Positions 14,037 through 26,900 of a stretch of 64,000 bases of DNA are shown in pieces; positions within the stretch are counted from its first letter, which is position 1; the number at the start of each line of letters is the position of its first letter. The notes under the pieces are model-generated. The model was not told where the DNA came from and did not search any database. It was given only the letters and a program-made list of their open reading frames with translations. This DNA is from Adineta vaga (Eukaryota; Animalia; Rotifera): NCBI GenBank assembly GCA_021613535.1, contig CP075492.1, positions 19,592,001 to 19,656,000 on the forward strand. Direction: 5' to 3'. The position numbers and the translations under genes were made by a program.

Positions 14037-14560
14037 ATGAATCTACCAGTTCGTTTCTCATCAGTTTTATGGCTAAATACAATTGATTTTTCTAAGTTCA
14101 TCATTGCCAGTGGATGTATTCTGAATTGTTTATGCAAATTACCATTTCCCGACACCAAAGACCAAGATGTTAACTTAATCTATTATACAAACAATCTATC
14201 TGATTTTGAAATAACTGTAGAGTACGATCGATCGTTAAAACAAGCCTTTTTCAAAAACTCAGCAGACACGATAAAAATAGATAAAGTACCGTGATCATTT
14301 TGTTACAATGTGTTTTTACTCTGCAATGTGCGACCTACTTTTACGACAAGATTTGTAAGATATTCAAAAGAGTCCATTTTACATATTCTCCACAATTTTG
14401 ACATAGATGTTTCTCAAGTCGTATTTATTGATATTTTTTTTCTTTCGAACAATTGTTGGTTCTCACATATGCATCATCAATTTATGTAGGGGATAGAATT
14501 ATTTGTACATGTCCATTTTTACAAGCGCTTGCAACACAATCACTTATCGTCTGTACTCTT
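14037..14560 (+). pseudogene. Possible highly degraded protein-primed family-B DNA polymerase fragment
   Basis: SSIYVGDR...LIVCTLYPES resembles the PolB YxGGR...DxxSLYP region and is preceded by DFSKF...LNCLCK...EYDRSLKQAF. Catalytic residues are not intact. Confidence 0.2.
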
Positions 14561-16144
14561 TACCCTGAAAGTCCAAAACATCTCTACATACGTATAGACA
14601 ACTATTGTAATAGAGTTTTTGATGATGATCTTGAATCCATGATGGAACAGGAAGAGATTCCATTGTATCGTATTGAACATAAAAAGTATATTGATGATGA
14701 AGGAGAGTTTTATACTGCTACGATAGAATCGCATCGAGATTTCGCACATAATATTGACACATTTCGACTTCAAGGAAAATTCATGTCTAGTGTATGTCCA
14801 AATTTGTTAGAATACAAACAAATAAATGTTTCATAATACGATTTATCATTATCTATTGAGTTATGCAAGATACTGTGCATTTTCTGGCGATACGTCTATC
14901 TGTATATAACAAGACTCAATTTCATGCTGATTTTTTTCATAATTTTGATAAAACTCATAAACAACATTAGTTGCACTAATATCTCTAAAATATAATTAAA
15001 TATTTCCTTATAATTTAAGTTTACTAAGCTCAGAACAACACTACGTATTTATTGCAGATTTACTTCGTACGTTTCTACGCAAGATAATCGTTTGTCGACT
15101 TGGAAGATGTCTCAATCATCAAGTAGGAACTCTATATTTCATCAATTCTCTAAGATTTTAATCGATTTTGAATTCGTAACGATAGACTCGGGATTCGATA
15201 TGACTATTTTCTCTCAAATTTCAAATATTGTAGCTGATAATAAGGTAAAAACATTATGTGATATATTGACATATCTATATAGGTATATTTCAGATAAACA
15301 TATCAACAATTGAACGTGCACTTAAGCGATCAGCATCTATTGAACTTAGAAACTGAAACAAAAAAGGCAATGATAGATTATTCAAAAGACGAAAAACAAG
15401 TTTCAGATACTGTTTCAAAAACTACTGATGAACTTAAGTTTATTAGTGCACGTATGATGATTAGTAGTACAACCACAAATGCTCAAACAAAACCTACATT
15501 ATGATCTATAAACAAAATCTCTTTTTTGTTGCATTTGATTGTATTATTGTATAGTACATAGCTTTTCATACTATCGTATAGCTCTTTGTTTTCTATGTAG
15601 TTACTTTCTATTGTTCATCGTTTGATCGCTATAGTATTATTAAGAATCTGATAGGAATTCTTGTTATTTCTCTTATTCAATTCATTTTTATTCTAGATTA
15701 TAGATCTTAATTAGTATGAATGAGCTAGCTGAATCTACTACAGGAAGAAATGATTAATGAAAATTTTTGTAAGTACAATATTAAAAAAATCTATTATTTA
15801 TGAAATCAACCATGCGTTTCTCAGACATCAAATCATCTACTATCAAAACAAAAATAATATTAAAACTAATTTGAATTTGTACATTCATTAGACCAATGAT
15901 AGAACATTGAAAGAATCTTTTCAAGAAACTGTATTCACATTTTGTTCAATATTCCACTTCGAGATAATTTACGTTTACAATTGTAAAGCATATCAAATCA
16001 GTCAATTAACAAAGAGCCCTGCTAGTTAAGTTTATTTTGTTTTATGAATCTATATTCTTCGTGTGTGGTATTCAAAGAGTATCCAATGTTTCAAAGAAAA
16101 TTATTAGAAAAAGAGGAATATTATATCATATTGATCAAAATATT

Positions 16145-16168
<24 letters not shown>
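16145..16168 (+). repeat. (GA)12 microsatellite
   Basis: Directly visible. Confidence 0.95.
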
Positions 16169-16175
<7 letters not shown>

Positions 16176-16484
16176 GAGAAAAAATTCAGAATGTATAAGA
16201 TAAATATATATGTTCGTTAAAGATCATTCTGATACAAAAGCAACACATCTTAAATCTAAAAATACGTTTAATACCTTAATACGTATGTATAGTATCGCAA
16301 ATATATCGTTTTATTCATGAGAATCAAGAACATTTATTTGTTTAAAAAGAAACAAGACATGTTTATAATTTTATAGGAATTATTCGGCTATTCTTTTTAT
16401 TTTTTGGGATATAGCGAGTCTTTCTATTATCATCATGATCATTTAGAGATAAAATATTTTTGTAGAAAAATGTTAATTGTTTTA

Positions 16485-19400
16485 TTACTGAGATTTAGGT
16501 TTAGGATGTGAATATTGTTGACAATGTTGTTTATCATTTTTGCTTCGACATTCTAAACCCCATTTGCAAGGTATTTGATTAGTAGAATGACGCTCTTGAT
16601 TTCTTGCTTGTTGATTCGGTTCATGTCTTAAATTATCTGATAAAATATAAACTACATATAAATATATCTTTCTATAAACTATTTATTACTTACCTCTTGC
16701 ACCTCCTAAATTAGAGTTTGTAAATACTTGTTCTCCATGTGAATATCTTATTCGATGTTTATCTGATTTATCATCACATTTTTGTTGAAATCGACAAGGA
16801 ATAAGATAATCAGACCAGCCTGTGTGACGATACTTTGCACGATGAAAAGGATCAACAAGTTTCTTGCAATTTTCATCTTCATGACATGTTGATACTCGAT
16901 GTGGTTCGTGTGTTAAATTTGGTTCATGATTTCTACATAGTTCAGAAAAACGACATGGATGACTATATTTAGAATTATGTTCTTTTTCTTGTGATAATAA
17001 TTGAAGAAGACAATTAACATTTTCTCGACATGGAATCAAAGATAAATCATGACTATTATCTTTGAATTTTTGTGCTTGAGCAGAAGATCCAATTGACTTT
17101 TTAGATTTATCATGAGATGAAGGTGATAAGGATCGATCATCATGTTTATGTTGTTGTTTAATTGGTATACTAGAAGATTCTTCTTTATTTAAGTTTGAAT
17201 CTTTCTTTATATTTATATCAATAGTTGGATGTAAATCAGTTTGTTCTTCGAAATAGATCATCACATTTCGAATTGGCACTGGATTATCACCAGCACTAAC
17301 ACGAATATATTCCAATGTGATTAGATCAAGTTCAGTTTTTCCAAAAATATGTGAAATAATTGTATGATTATAAATTGAATTCGATGCAACATGCGAAAGA
17401 GTAATTTTACCAGTTGAACGTTGAATTTTTAAACAGAATGTCATAAAATCATCAGTATTACATCCAACATAGAATGTATTTGAACCTGCTGCATATGTAT
17501 CATTATTGATATATGTATTATGATCATCTGTATAACCACTATTTAAATATGAAATATTTTCATGATACGAACTATTATCTATGACTGGTGTTTTAGCAAT
17601 ATAACAAATAAAAGAGCGTGAGTTTGCTGAATTTTTATCTGAAGCATTCTTTTCATTTGATAGAGTGAGCATCATATCTCCGCTCATTGCTTGCCAATAG
17701 ATAAACATTGTATTGTCTTTCGAAGATTGTGCACGATCAGTACGATATTGAGTAAATGCTTGTGATATTGTTAAAGGTAAAAGTAAATGTGTACGAAATT
17801 TTGATGATGGTATCGTAAATGTAAAACCTCGAATAGATCTTGATATTAAATCTTCGTCACTTTTACTAAATCGTTTATTTAACTGATTGTTAACGAAATC
17901 TTGGCATTTAGTTGAAGATATTGATTGTGACGATGAAGCACTAACGAACGGAATTCGAATAATAGAATCTTTAAAAAGAATATTAATTATTTGTTGTGTA
18001 TTCTTATCTAATAATTTTAATATATTTTCTGGTATATAAATTTGATCAATATAGTTAATTGGAATAAGTCCAGGTAAATTTACTTCAATACCTTTGTATA
18101 GTTTTTCTTGAGTCCATTGACGTAGAATGGTTTCCAGACTAACATTTGTTGGTTTTACATTGACGCAACGACTAACGGTCGCCATCAACTCTAATGCAGC
18201 TGCATATTCATAACCTGGAATAGAAACATGTAATTTTTCTTTATGACATTGTTGAAGTATTTCATCTTTTGTAATTGGTTTAGGAATAAACCATGGATAA
18301 CGATCATATACTTCTCCTTTAGCAATTGATATTGCGCTATGAATAGAAAAATTTGTATCAGGATGATGTAAAATTTCTCGTTTAAAAACAATAAATATAT
18401 CTCCAACATTTTGTTCTAAATTTTGTCCGAGAATACTGCGAATGGTCTTCTCATTGTTCACAAATCCATTAGATGTATGTTTATTATCGGTTAAAGTTGA
18501 GTACAATTCAGATGATAATCTTATCACATTTCTTGTTATATGTTTTATTGTATTGATGTTATCATCAGAAATCGATTGGAGAAGATTCCTCTCCTTCTCT
18601 CTACGAATATCAATCAATGTATTTTTTGATTTCGAATTAGAAGAGACATTTGATGAATATTCTTCTTCGGCTAAGGCGATTATATATTCAGTAACATCTT
18701 TTCTTATCGAATCTTGTTTTAAAAAATTCATAGATCGAATTTCATTTTGTCGAAGAACGGAATCGGCAATGAAAATTGGTTCTTTGACTTTTTTCATATT
18801 ATCTTGACTGATAACTTGTTGATGAAGAAGAATTAATTCAAATACATTTTGATTACATCGATAAACAGGTTGAACAGTACGAAACCATTTTAAAATATCA
18901 TTCGGAGGAACAATTGATGAAGATAATTGTTTTCTAAAATAATTACTTATACGTTCAATAATTTCTTTTTGATTTTGAACAAAATCAATATTTGTATTCA
19001 GATCAAAACATTTAACAATTTCCATATTTTCACGTCTAATACGATGACGATACTTAATATTGTGATCAGGATCAGAATGAAAATTACAAAACTTGTTCAT
19101 ACAGAAAGGTCGTATATCAGGAATATTTTTATGTGTAAATGAATTTAAATGATCTTCTTGTACAATTTTTCTACATTCACCACCAAAAGAACAAATCTTA
19201 CGAGTTATATGGATGAAATTTCTAATATGTTTCGCGGTTGTATCTGTACAGTACTGTCCCTTCCAACACACATGAGAAAAGTGTTGTAAATGTAATTCAT
19301 CTTCATGAGAGACTGGATCATTCTTCAGTTGTTGTTGTAGAAATTTATTATAAACTTGACATTGATATGGAGTAAATGGACACGGTAGATTAAATGGATG

Positions 19401-22106
19401 TTGACATTCATTTAAATGCTGTACATTATGAAAACTATTACAATTATTTCCATGTGGACATACAGGTTTACAATGACGAAATGAATCACAATGACGTTTA
19501 ACTTTTTTCTCAAAATCTTTACATTTATATGATTCTGGACAGAGAGGTAAATGACGATAATTTCGTAGATGAATTTTATCCATATTTGAGCAATCATCTC
19601 CATCCAAACAATACGATGGATGTTCAAATTCTTGACGATGTTTTTCATTGTCAATATCTAAACATTCACCACCATCTGGACAACGTTTTAAATGTATAAA
19701 TGACTCCATATGAACTATATCGGATGATTTTGGACATTTATTTTGACCAACTTGTAACGCACACAATGGTGGATGAGAAAAGTTACGTGTATGATCTGGA
19801 TCACGAATATTACATAAAGCTCCATATGAACAAGGTGTCGAATCAAATATACAAACATCACTAACAGTTAATCCATCTGAAAGAAGACGATATGGACCAA
19901 TTATTGTATTTGGTATATTCATATGATCTACACACTTTACATATTTTCCATTTAATCTTTCGAATGGTTTAAAGTTACCCTCTCGATTCAAATGACGACC
20001 AGTATTATGATCATCGATAATAGCAAATACAATACATTTAAAGAAACCTGCATATTGTTCAATAACTGAATAAAATAGTTGTGCAACATGTTCAGGTGGA
20101 TTTTTAAATGCACCACAACCAAATGCTGATAGAACAAGAGAATCATGACCATGATGATATGCAATAGAAAAAATATTTTCAATCTTTTTTCTCATTCCTA
20201 CAGAATATTTAGGTGATAGCATATTATCTTCTAATGAAGGTTCACGATAAGCAGCTATAGCTATTGCACAAACATTCTCTAATGGTTTTTTCATGTAAGC
20301 ATAACCTTCATCTTCTGATCGACGAAAAATTGTTAAACCCGATGTATAGATTGCACCAAATTCATCCATTGGATAGATACGTTTCTGATCAGGTATAGGT
20401 TCTAATTGACAATCAGATGTACAAAGAAAACGTTTAGCTCGTTGTTGATGATATTCATCTAATTCCATATCAAGACTTCGAAAATAATCTGATCGACGAA
20501 AAATATTTTCTTCTTGTGCACCATCACCTTTCTTATAACCACCACCTGGAGTCGTTGCATTTGCCATATTTAATAAAAGTGGATAATAATTCTTATCGAC
20601 TAAATCTTCATATACAACAAGACAATCTTCTTGTCGAACAATAATTTTTGTTTCTGAATATTTAATCATTTTCCATGGTATTTTTTCACATTGTTCTAAT
20701 TTCGATTGATGATTATAGATAATTGTCTGTAATTTATCATCTAGATTCAATTTTATCTCTTGATCATCGATCAAATAACTTTTTTTCCATACAGTACCAA
20801 TCGTATTTAACATCACAGTCATTCGAAGTAAATGACGTGTTTGATCAGGTTTTGAAGATTTTTTTGAGCGTGAAGGAGCATGATCTTTGTCACCAATGTG
20901 CGATTGATGTGCTGATTTATCAAACTCATCGAGCCATACTTTGACATTCCATCGAGAATTGAAAATGAAATGTTTAGGATTACCAACGAATTGCATAATA
21001 TCAGGTTGTATTTGAGTCATTTCTGTCTTATACCATGTAGAAGCATCAATTACGCGATCGTCTGAATTTTGCGAATCATCATCATCATATATGTCTATGG
21101 TAAAACGAATATCATCAATGTGCACTGATCCTCGATTTGAGCATTCGGCGAATGCCTTTTTATCGATCATCGTTAGAATAAGGTTTTCACCAATTTGTTC
21201 ATAATGTGTTACTTTTCCAACGAACAACTGATGATGAAGGATGCGTTCTATATCAAAATCTGGAGGAATTCGATGAATACACAAACGATTAGGTAAATTT
21301 GTTCTTTTCTTTAATATTTTATTATTACTCATAGACAGATGTGATTGTCTTATCCATTTCCGAGCATCACCAGTAACAATAATACATGCATTACGTGTCT
21401 GTTCATTTATTTGAATATAGAGATGTATTGGCGAAAGATTTTGTTCATTAATAGAAAGTTCAATTGCTCTCTGTATGTGTTTTTTAGTAATTGATTCTGG
21501 AACATCTTCCAAAAAACTGCAATTGGCAGAGATATATATTTGAACAGAAATACCCTTGATGTTCAAGCTATCAAAAATATTACTCAAAAATATTTCTGAG
21601 AATTCGAATATGAGACGATAAATATTCGAAAATTGAGCATCAAGTTGAACGCATGATTGTGGTTTCTCTCCTATATAAGATTTAATCCATTTGCTCATTT
21701 CTTCTATTGTTGGCAATCGACTAATATTCTCTTGATCTTTTACATCCAATACAACATATAAGACAAGCTCAAGAGTTTCACTGAATGAAATTGTTATCGA
21801 CTCTTTTCCCATCTGCAATTCCATCTTTTGGACTTTGTCAACAAGTTGACGTTTTATTTCATTGTTCGTAACATAAATAATACCAAAACCAAGATTAGGA
21901 AAGCTTTGGAAATCGTCGGAGTGGATGTTTACAATCTGTTTGAGATTCTGATAAATATTTCTTTCAAATTCAGCTTTATTTTCGATATTTGATGGTATTT
22001 CTGGAACATACACTATATTATTGCTTGATTGTTCTACAAGATAATTTCTTTTTAGATAGTTTTGAAGATATTTACTGTTAAAATGAATAGTAAGATTCTT
22101 AGTCAT
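16485..22106 (-). CDS. Paralog A: RRM-like N-terminus + bacterial-type PARG macrodomain (TIGR02452/DUF2263-like, intact signature) + PBZ-like Cys/His finger array + divergent ART-like domain + C-terminal PBZ-like fingers
   Basis: LNMANATTPGGGYKKGDGAQEENIFRRS (GGG-x7-QEE at 20508-20546) and LVLSAFGCGAFKNPP. Repeated CxxGxxC...HxxxF/YxHP fingers. The last exon (~16638-16485) encodes PCKWGLECRSKNDKQHCQQYSHP. The true 5' end is uncertain. Confidence 0.85.
16721..17039 (-). repeat. Inverted near-identical copy of 28415-28733 (gene-conversion tract)
   Basis: 16838-17039 is the reverse complement of 28415-28616 (202 bp), and 16721-16813 is the reverse complement of 28641-28733 (93 bp). A divergent 24-bp patch separates the two tracts. 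Confidence 0.9.
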
Positions 22107-22404
22107 ATTAGTTTATACGTGATTTAATATGCTATTTATATTTACTTTTCGAAGTCTTTTGTGAAGACGTTGCTCCTTGATGATTGTCGCCAATGTAAGA
22201 TGATGATTTTGAGATTGACATTTGTTTACTCTATGAAGATGACGATGAATGCGTTTTATTCTAGAAAAAAGAGATTCAGATTGAGGGTGGAGTAGACCCG
22301 AAGTATAGCGGGACTATGCATGGACTGAGGTGAAATCCTAAAGCTCATATCTCATCCGTACTCCATTCGTACCTTGAGTCACTCCAACCTTACTCCAGTC
22401 TACT

Positions 22405-22502
22405 CAAGGGAGAAAAGGAACTCCAGAATCCCAATACTCTGGTCTGGAGTACAATCTAGAGTACCGAAGTATATGGGATCCTGAAGTGTTATTTTCCCTT
22501 TG
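22405..22502. mobile_element. Small imperfect inverted-repeat (MITE-like) element in the divergent intergenic region
   Basis: Left end CAAGGGAGAAAAGGAACTCCAGAATCCCA versus reverse-complemented right end CAAAGGGAAAATAACACTTCAGGATCCCA. The upstream flank is rich in GGAGT/ACTCC. Confidence 0.4.
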
Positions 22503-23924
22503 ACTCTTTAGAGTTACATATAAACTTATGCACTATTCAACATAAGAATATTATTTTCGATTTTGTCGTCGAAGAATACAATGACTATGCAAGACTGGTA
22601 CGAAAGTAGAAATTTTCGAAGAAAAAAAACGGGACACTGAAGAGAAAAATAAATCAGAAAGGTGTTCTTCACTCACTCAACAAATACAGATTTCAGTTTC
22701 TACCAACTAAAATGTTTTCACTTAATTTTCAACCAGTCTGTGTTGCTCCGTGATGTATTCAAACAAAAACTTTCTTACATTCAATTCAGAGAGAGAAATT
22801 TTTAAATCATTTTTTCGCTGAAGAAGACGACTTGAGTTAAAAAGAAAAGAAACCAAAAGTTGTTTACATGTACGTGAAATTTATTCACATTGTTGTTGCT
22901 CATTGAGAAAGAAAGAATTTTACATTCATTTAAAGCCTTCATTTTCGTCGAAAAGCGCGGTTACGTTTTTTTATACTTTCTAAAAAAATTGGTGCGCTAC
23001 TAAACCTTTTCAAAAACTTTCACTCTTACGAAAAAAGTCTCCAAATATGTTCAAAGTTTGGAAAACACAATAAAACATTTTACAAAATTATCAAGAATGA
23101 TTTCGTAGAATTCTTTATTGCGTTTCTGAAATCGTGAACGTGTCCGGGCTCTTTTTCATAAGGACAGAACCATTTTTCGCGGTTCAGTAGAGCACCAGTT
23201 TGTTTAGAGTGTACCACCATCCTTAATTTTACCAAACACACACGTTCATATTCCCACCCATGATTTCAAACAAGCCTTCACTGATTTTGTTTTAACGTTG
23301 AACAAAAACCCACAGGCAGACGAACTACATTTTTCATGTGACGATCCTTAAAGTCGAGGGAACTAGGTTGATGGAAACCAAAAAACTTATTGTGAGCATT
23401 GAAAATTGTTGAAACCCTGACATTTATATCTCTGTTAAATAATGGATGGATGTGTGCCGTCCGTTACCTGCGAATGCACTCACACCGACACTCTCATCCC
23501 TCCTCTTCAGCACCCTTTGAAGATATTTAGGCCGAACTTTCTTATTATAGATAAGGTGCCTCTCTAGGTCGAAACTTTTCAAATAAATAATATGTTATCA
23601 AGAAAATATATTCACACAATAACTTAAAGACTATGTAAATAGTTTGTTAAATAGACTTTCAAATCTTCTTAAGATACTGATGCATTTACAAAAAAATTTT
23701 AGAGAATCGAAAATCATATAATATCATTCTTTTTCCTTTGCTGCACTCACAAACGGAGTACAGACGGTGGTTCTGTTGCTGAATTTTACTGTGATGTCTT
23801 TTGTGACTTTCTTTTGATGAATGCGATTAAGGCATATTAGTTGTTATTGTAAACTTTTCAATTTGTTTTATTTCGAAAATGAAAATGAATTTGACTTTTA
23901 GATTAAACAAAGTTGCCGTATCGA

Positions 23925-26900
23925 ATGGATGAATGTTCTATATGTAAAAATTCATTAAATTCTGAAAAACTCGATGAAATCACAACTTCATGTGGTCATA
24001 CATTTCATCGTGAATGTGCTCAGAAACGTTTAGATAAGTTTAAAAAAACCAACTGTCAAGTTTGTCGCCGAGAGAATACTCTTGGTGATGCTTTGAAGAA
24101 ATATAAAATGGGAGCTTCATCGAAAATATCAAGCTCGAATTCTTATTCTCGAGTTGCAACAGGACGTGTAGGTTACTCGATTATAGTCGTATAAATGTTC
24201 ATCCTCGCTCGATTTTATCTTTTTAGGAGAGAAGAGAACTTTCTCCTGTTGCTTCTGCTCGACCTCATTCGCATCATTCAAAAGATAATAATGAAAACAA
24301 ATGGTCATGTAGAAAATGTCAGAAATCAAATCATAATTCTTCAAAACAATGTCGCTCGTGTGGTACATACAAAAGAGATGACGAAGACCATTCTCATCAA
24401 CAACAAAAAAGTAAAAAACAAGGTCAGTTTTTCTTCATATTCTCTTAAAACGAACATATTTAAGTTACTTATCATTTTGATAATTTAGAAAGTTTAGAAA
24501 TCAATGCAGAAACTTGGTATGAAACAGAAATGCTTCGTCATAAACCGAATATCGAACCGTTTCTACAGAATTCTGAACATATTATATTTCATTATAAATG
24601 GAATCCTTATATATGGCGCGAACAATTTCAATCTTTAAAGTCTGATAATGATCGAACTCGTCAATTATTGCGTATGACAGTAATGTTAAATACAATTGGT
24701 ACATTATTCAAGAAAAGTTATATAGTACATGATCGTCAAGTGAAATTGAAATCAGGTAATACAATAAAATTAATAATTTATGATCATCAATCAAAATTAT
24801 CACATGGTGGAAAGATACCAATATTAGATACACCATATAAATCAACTAATATTGAAGTAATTAAAAGTGATGGTATTGAACTTTATGAACGTCTAGTTAA
24901 AAATGGTAGACGACCAGTTCTTCTTCAAATGACACATTGGAAATATCCTGGTAGTGAATATAAAAAATATGATGGAACACAAGATGAAAATCTTTTTCGA
25001 CAATCTGATTATTTTCATTGTCTTAATGTTGATCTTGAACAACATCAACAAGATCGACCAAAACGTTTTCATTGTTCATCTGATTGTCAATTAGAATCAT
25101 TATCTAATCAAAATAATATACAACGAATAGATGATTTTGGTATTATTTATACATCAGGTATAACTATATTTCGTCAATCAGAAGAAAGTGGATATGCTTA
25201 TATGGATAAACCATTAGAAAATGTTAATATATTAACAATAACTTCTTATGAAAATCCATCTTTAGAAAAAGATATGTTATCTACAAAATATGCCATGGCA
25301 ACACGAAAGAAAATTGAAAATATATTTTCAATTGCTTATCATCACAAACATGATTCACTTGTTTTATCAAATTTTTCTTGTGATATAAATAAAAATCCAG
25401 TTGATCATATTGTTCAATTATTTTCTTCAGTTATTGAACAATATGCTGGTTTTTTTAAAACAATTATATTTGCAATTCCTGATAATAATGATCAAAATCA
25501 TCGATCAAATTCAAAACAAATTTTTCAATCATTTGAAAAACTTGAAGGCACAATAAATGCAATTACACTTATTAGAAAATCAAATACAATCTTTGGTCCT
25601 TATAGAATTTTATCTGAAAATGTACAAACGAATGATATTGATATTTGTGATTTATCACCTTGTCAATTTGGAGCGAAATGTCGTGAACGAAATAATGAAG
25701 GACATATAGGAAAATTTTCACATCCACCTTTATGTTCCAAATCTTGTCTTACAGGTAAATGTGATCAAACAAATAATATTGTTCATATGTATTCATTTGT
25801 TCATCGTAATCAATGTCAATATGGTGGAGAATGTCGTCAAATTGATGATGATAAACATTGTCAAGAATATGAACATCCACCATCTTGTTCTGCTGGTGGT
25901 ACTTGTAAAAATACAACAGTAATTCATCTTCGAGAATATCGTCATTTACCACTTTGTCGACATTCACAAAATTGTATGGATTTAAGAAAAGGAAATGAAA
26001 AACATTGTAATTTATTTCGTCATTGTGCACTTATTTGTTCACATAGAAATTATTGTGCTGATTTTCATGATAAAAATCATTATAATGAATTGGAACATTC
26101 GTTTCCTCCTCCATGTCCATTTACTCCGTATCATTGTTCTCTTCATAATGAATTAATACAAGCATCAGCAACTCAAAAACCTTCAAATGAAGCTCAAAAA
26201 CATTGTCTTGATTTCAGTCATGTTTGTCGATTCGGTAGAAATTGCAGAGATTCAAATTCATTACATATGGACAAATCGATTCATGTAGCTCGATATCAAT
26301 GTCCAGATGGTAAGACATGTACTAGATTGAATCAAGAAGAACATTTAAATTCATTTACACATAATAATATTCTCGATATTCGACTTCTTTGTCGACATTC
26401 TAATCAATGTCATGATCGACATAAATTGGATCATATTATTAAATTTCGTCATAATCTTTATTCAGATGATAGTGGTGTTGTTCGTTATTTTGGTTTAAAT
26501 AAAACAATTGATTTTGTTTATAATCATAAAGAAAGTATTGAACGTATCAATAATTATATTGAAAATGAAAATTGGGAAAAATTACCATTAGGAACTATTC
26601 CAAATGAAATTTTAAATTTTATTCAAACTGTTCAACCAGTTCATCGATGTAATCCAGTTATATTTGAATCAATTATTCTTCATGGACATGTTATGAGTCG
26701 ATCTTATATGGAAAAATTGAAAATACCATATTATGTCGCTAATTCAGTATTACAACATAGTCGTATAAGAAAAATAAAATCTTTAAGTATCAAAGCAGTA
26801 GAACAAAAAGCTAAGGATTATGTTATTGCGTTAGTTCAAGATGAATTTGAAAGACAAGGATTTATACAATCGGATAATAAAACAATAGATCCACTTAGTC

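Noticed and set aside
18191-20944. Small antisense or alternate-frame ORFs overlapping the large genes
   Set aside because: These are shadow ORFs of long coding exons with no motifs.
22990-23197. Imperfect inverted repeat GGTGCGCTACTAAACC / GGTTCAGTAGAGCACC
   Set aside because: It is short and has no TSD; at most an old MITE remnant.
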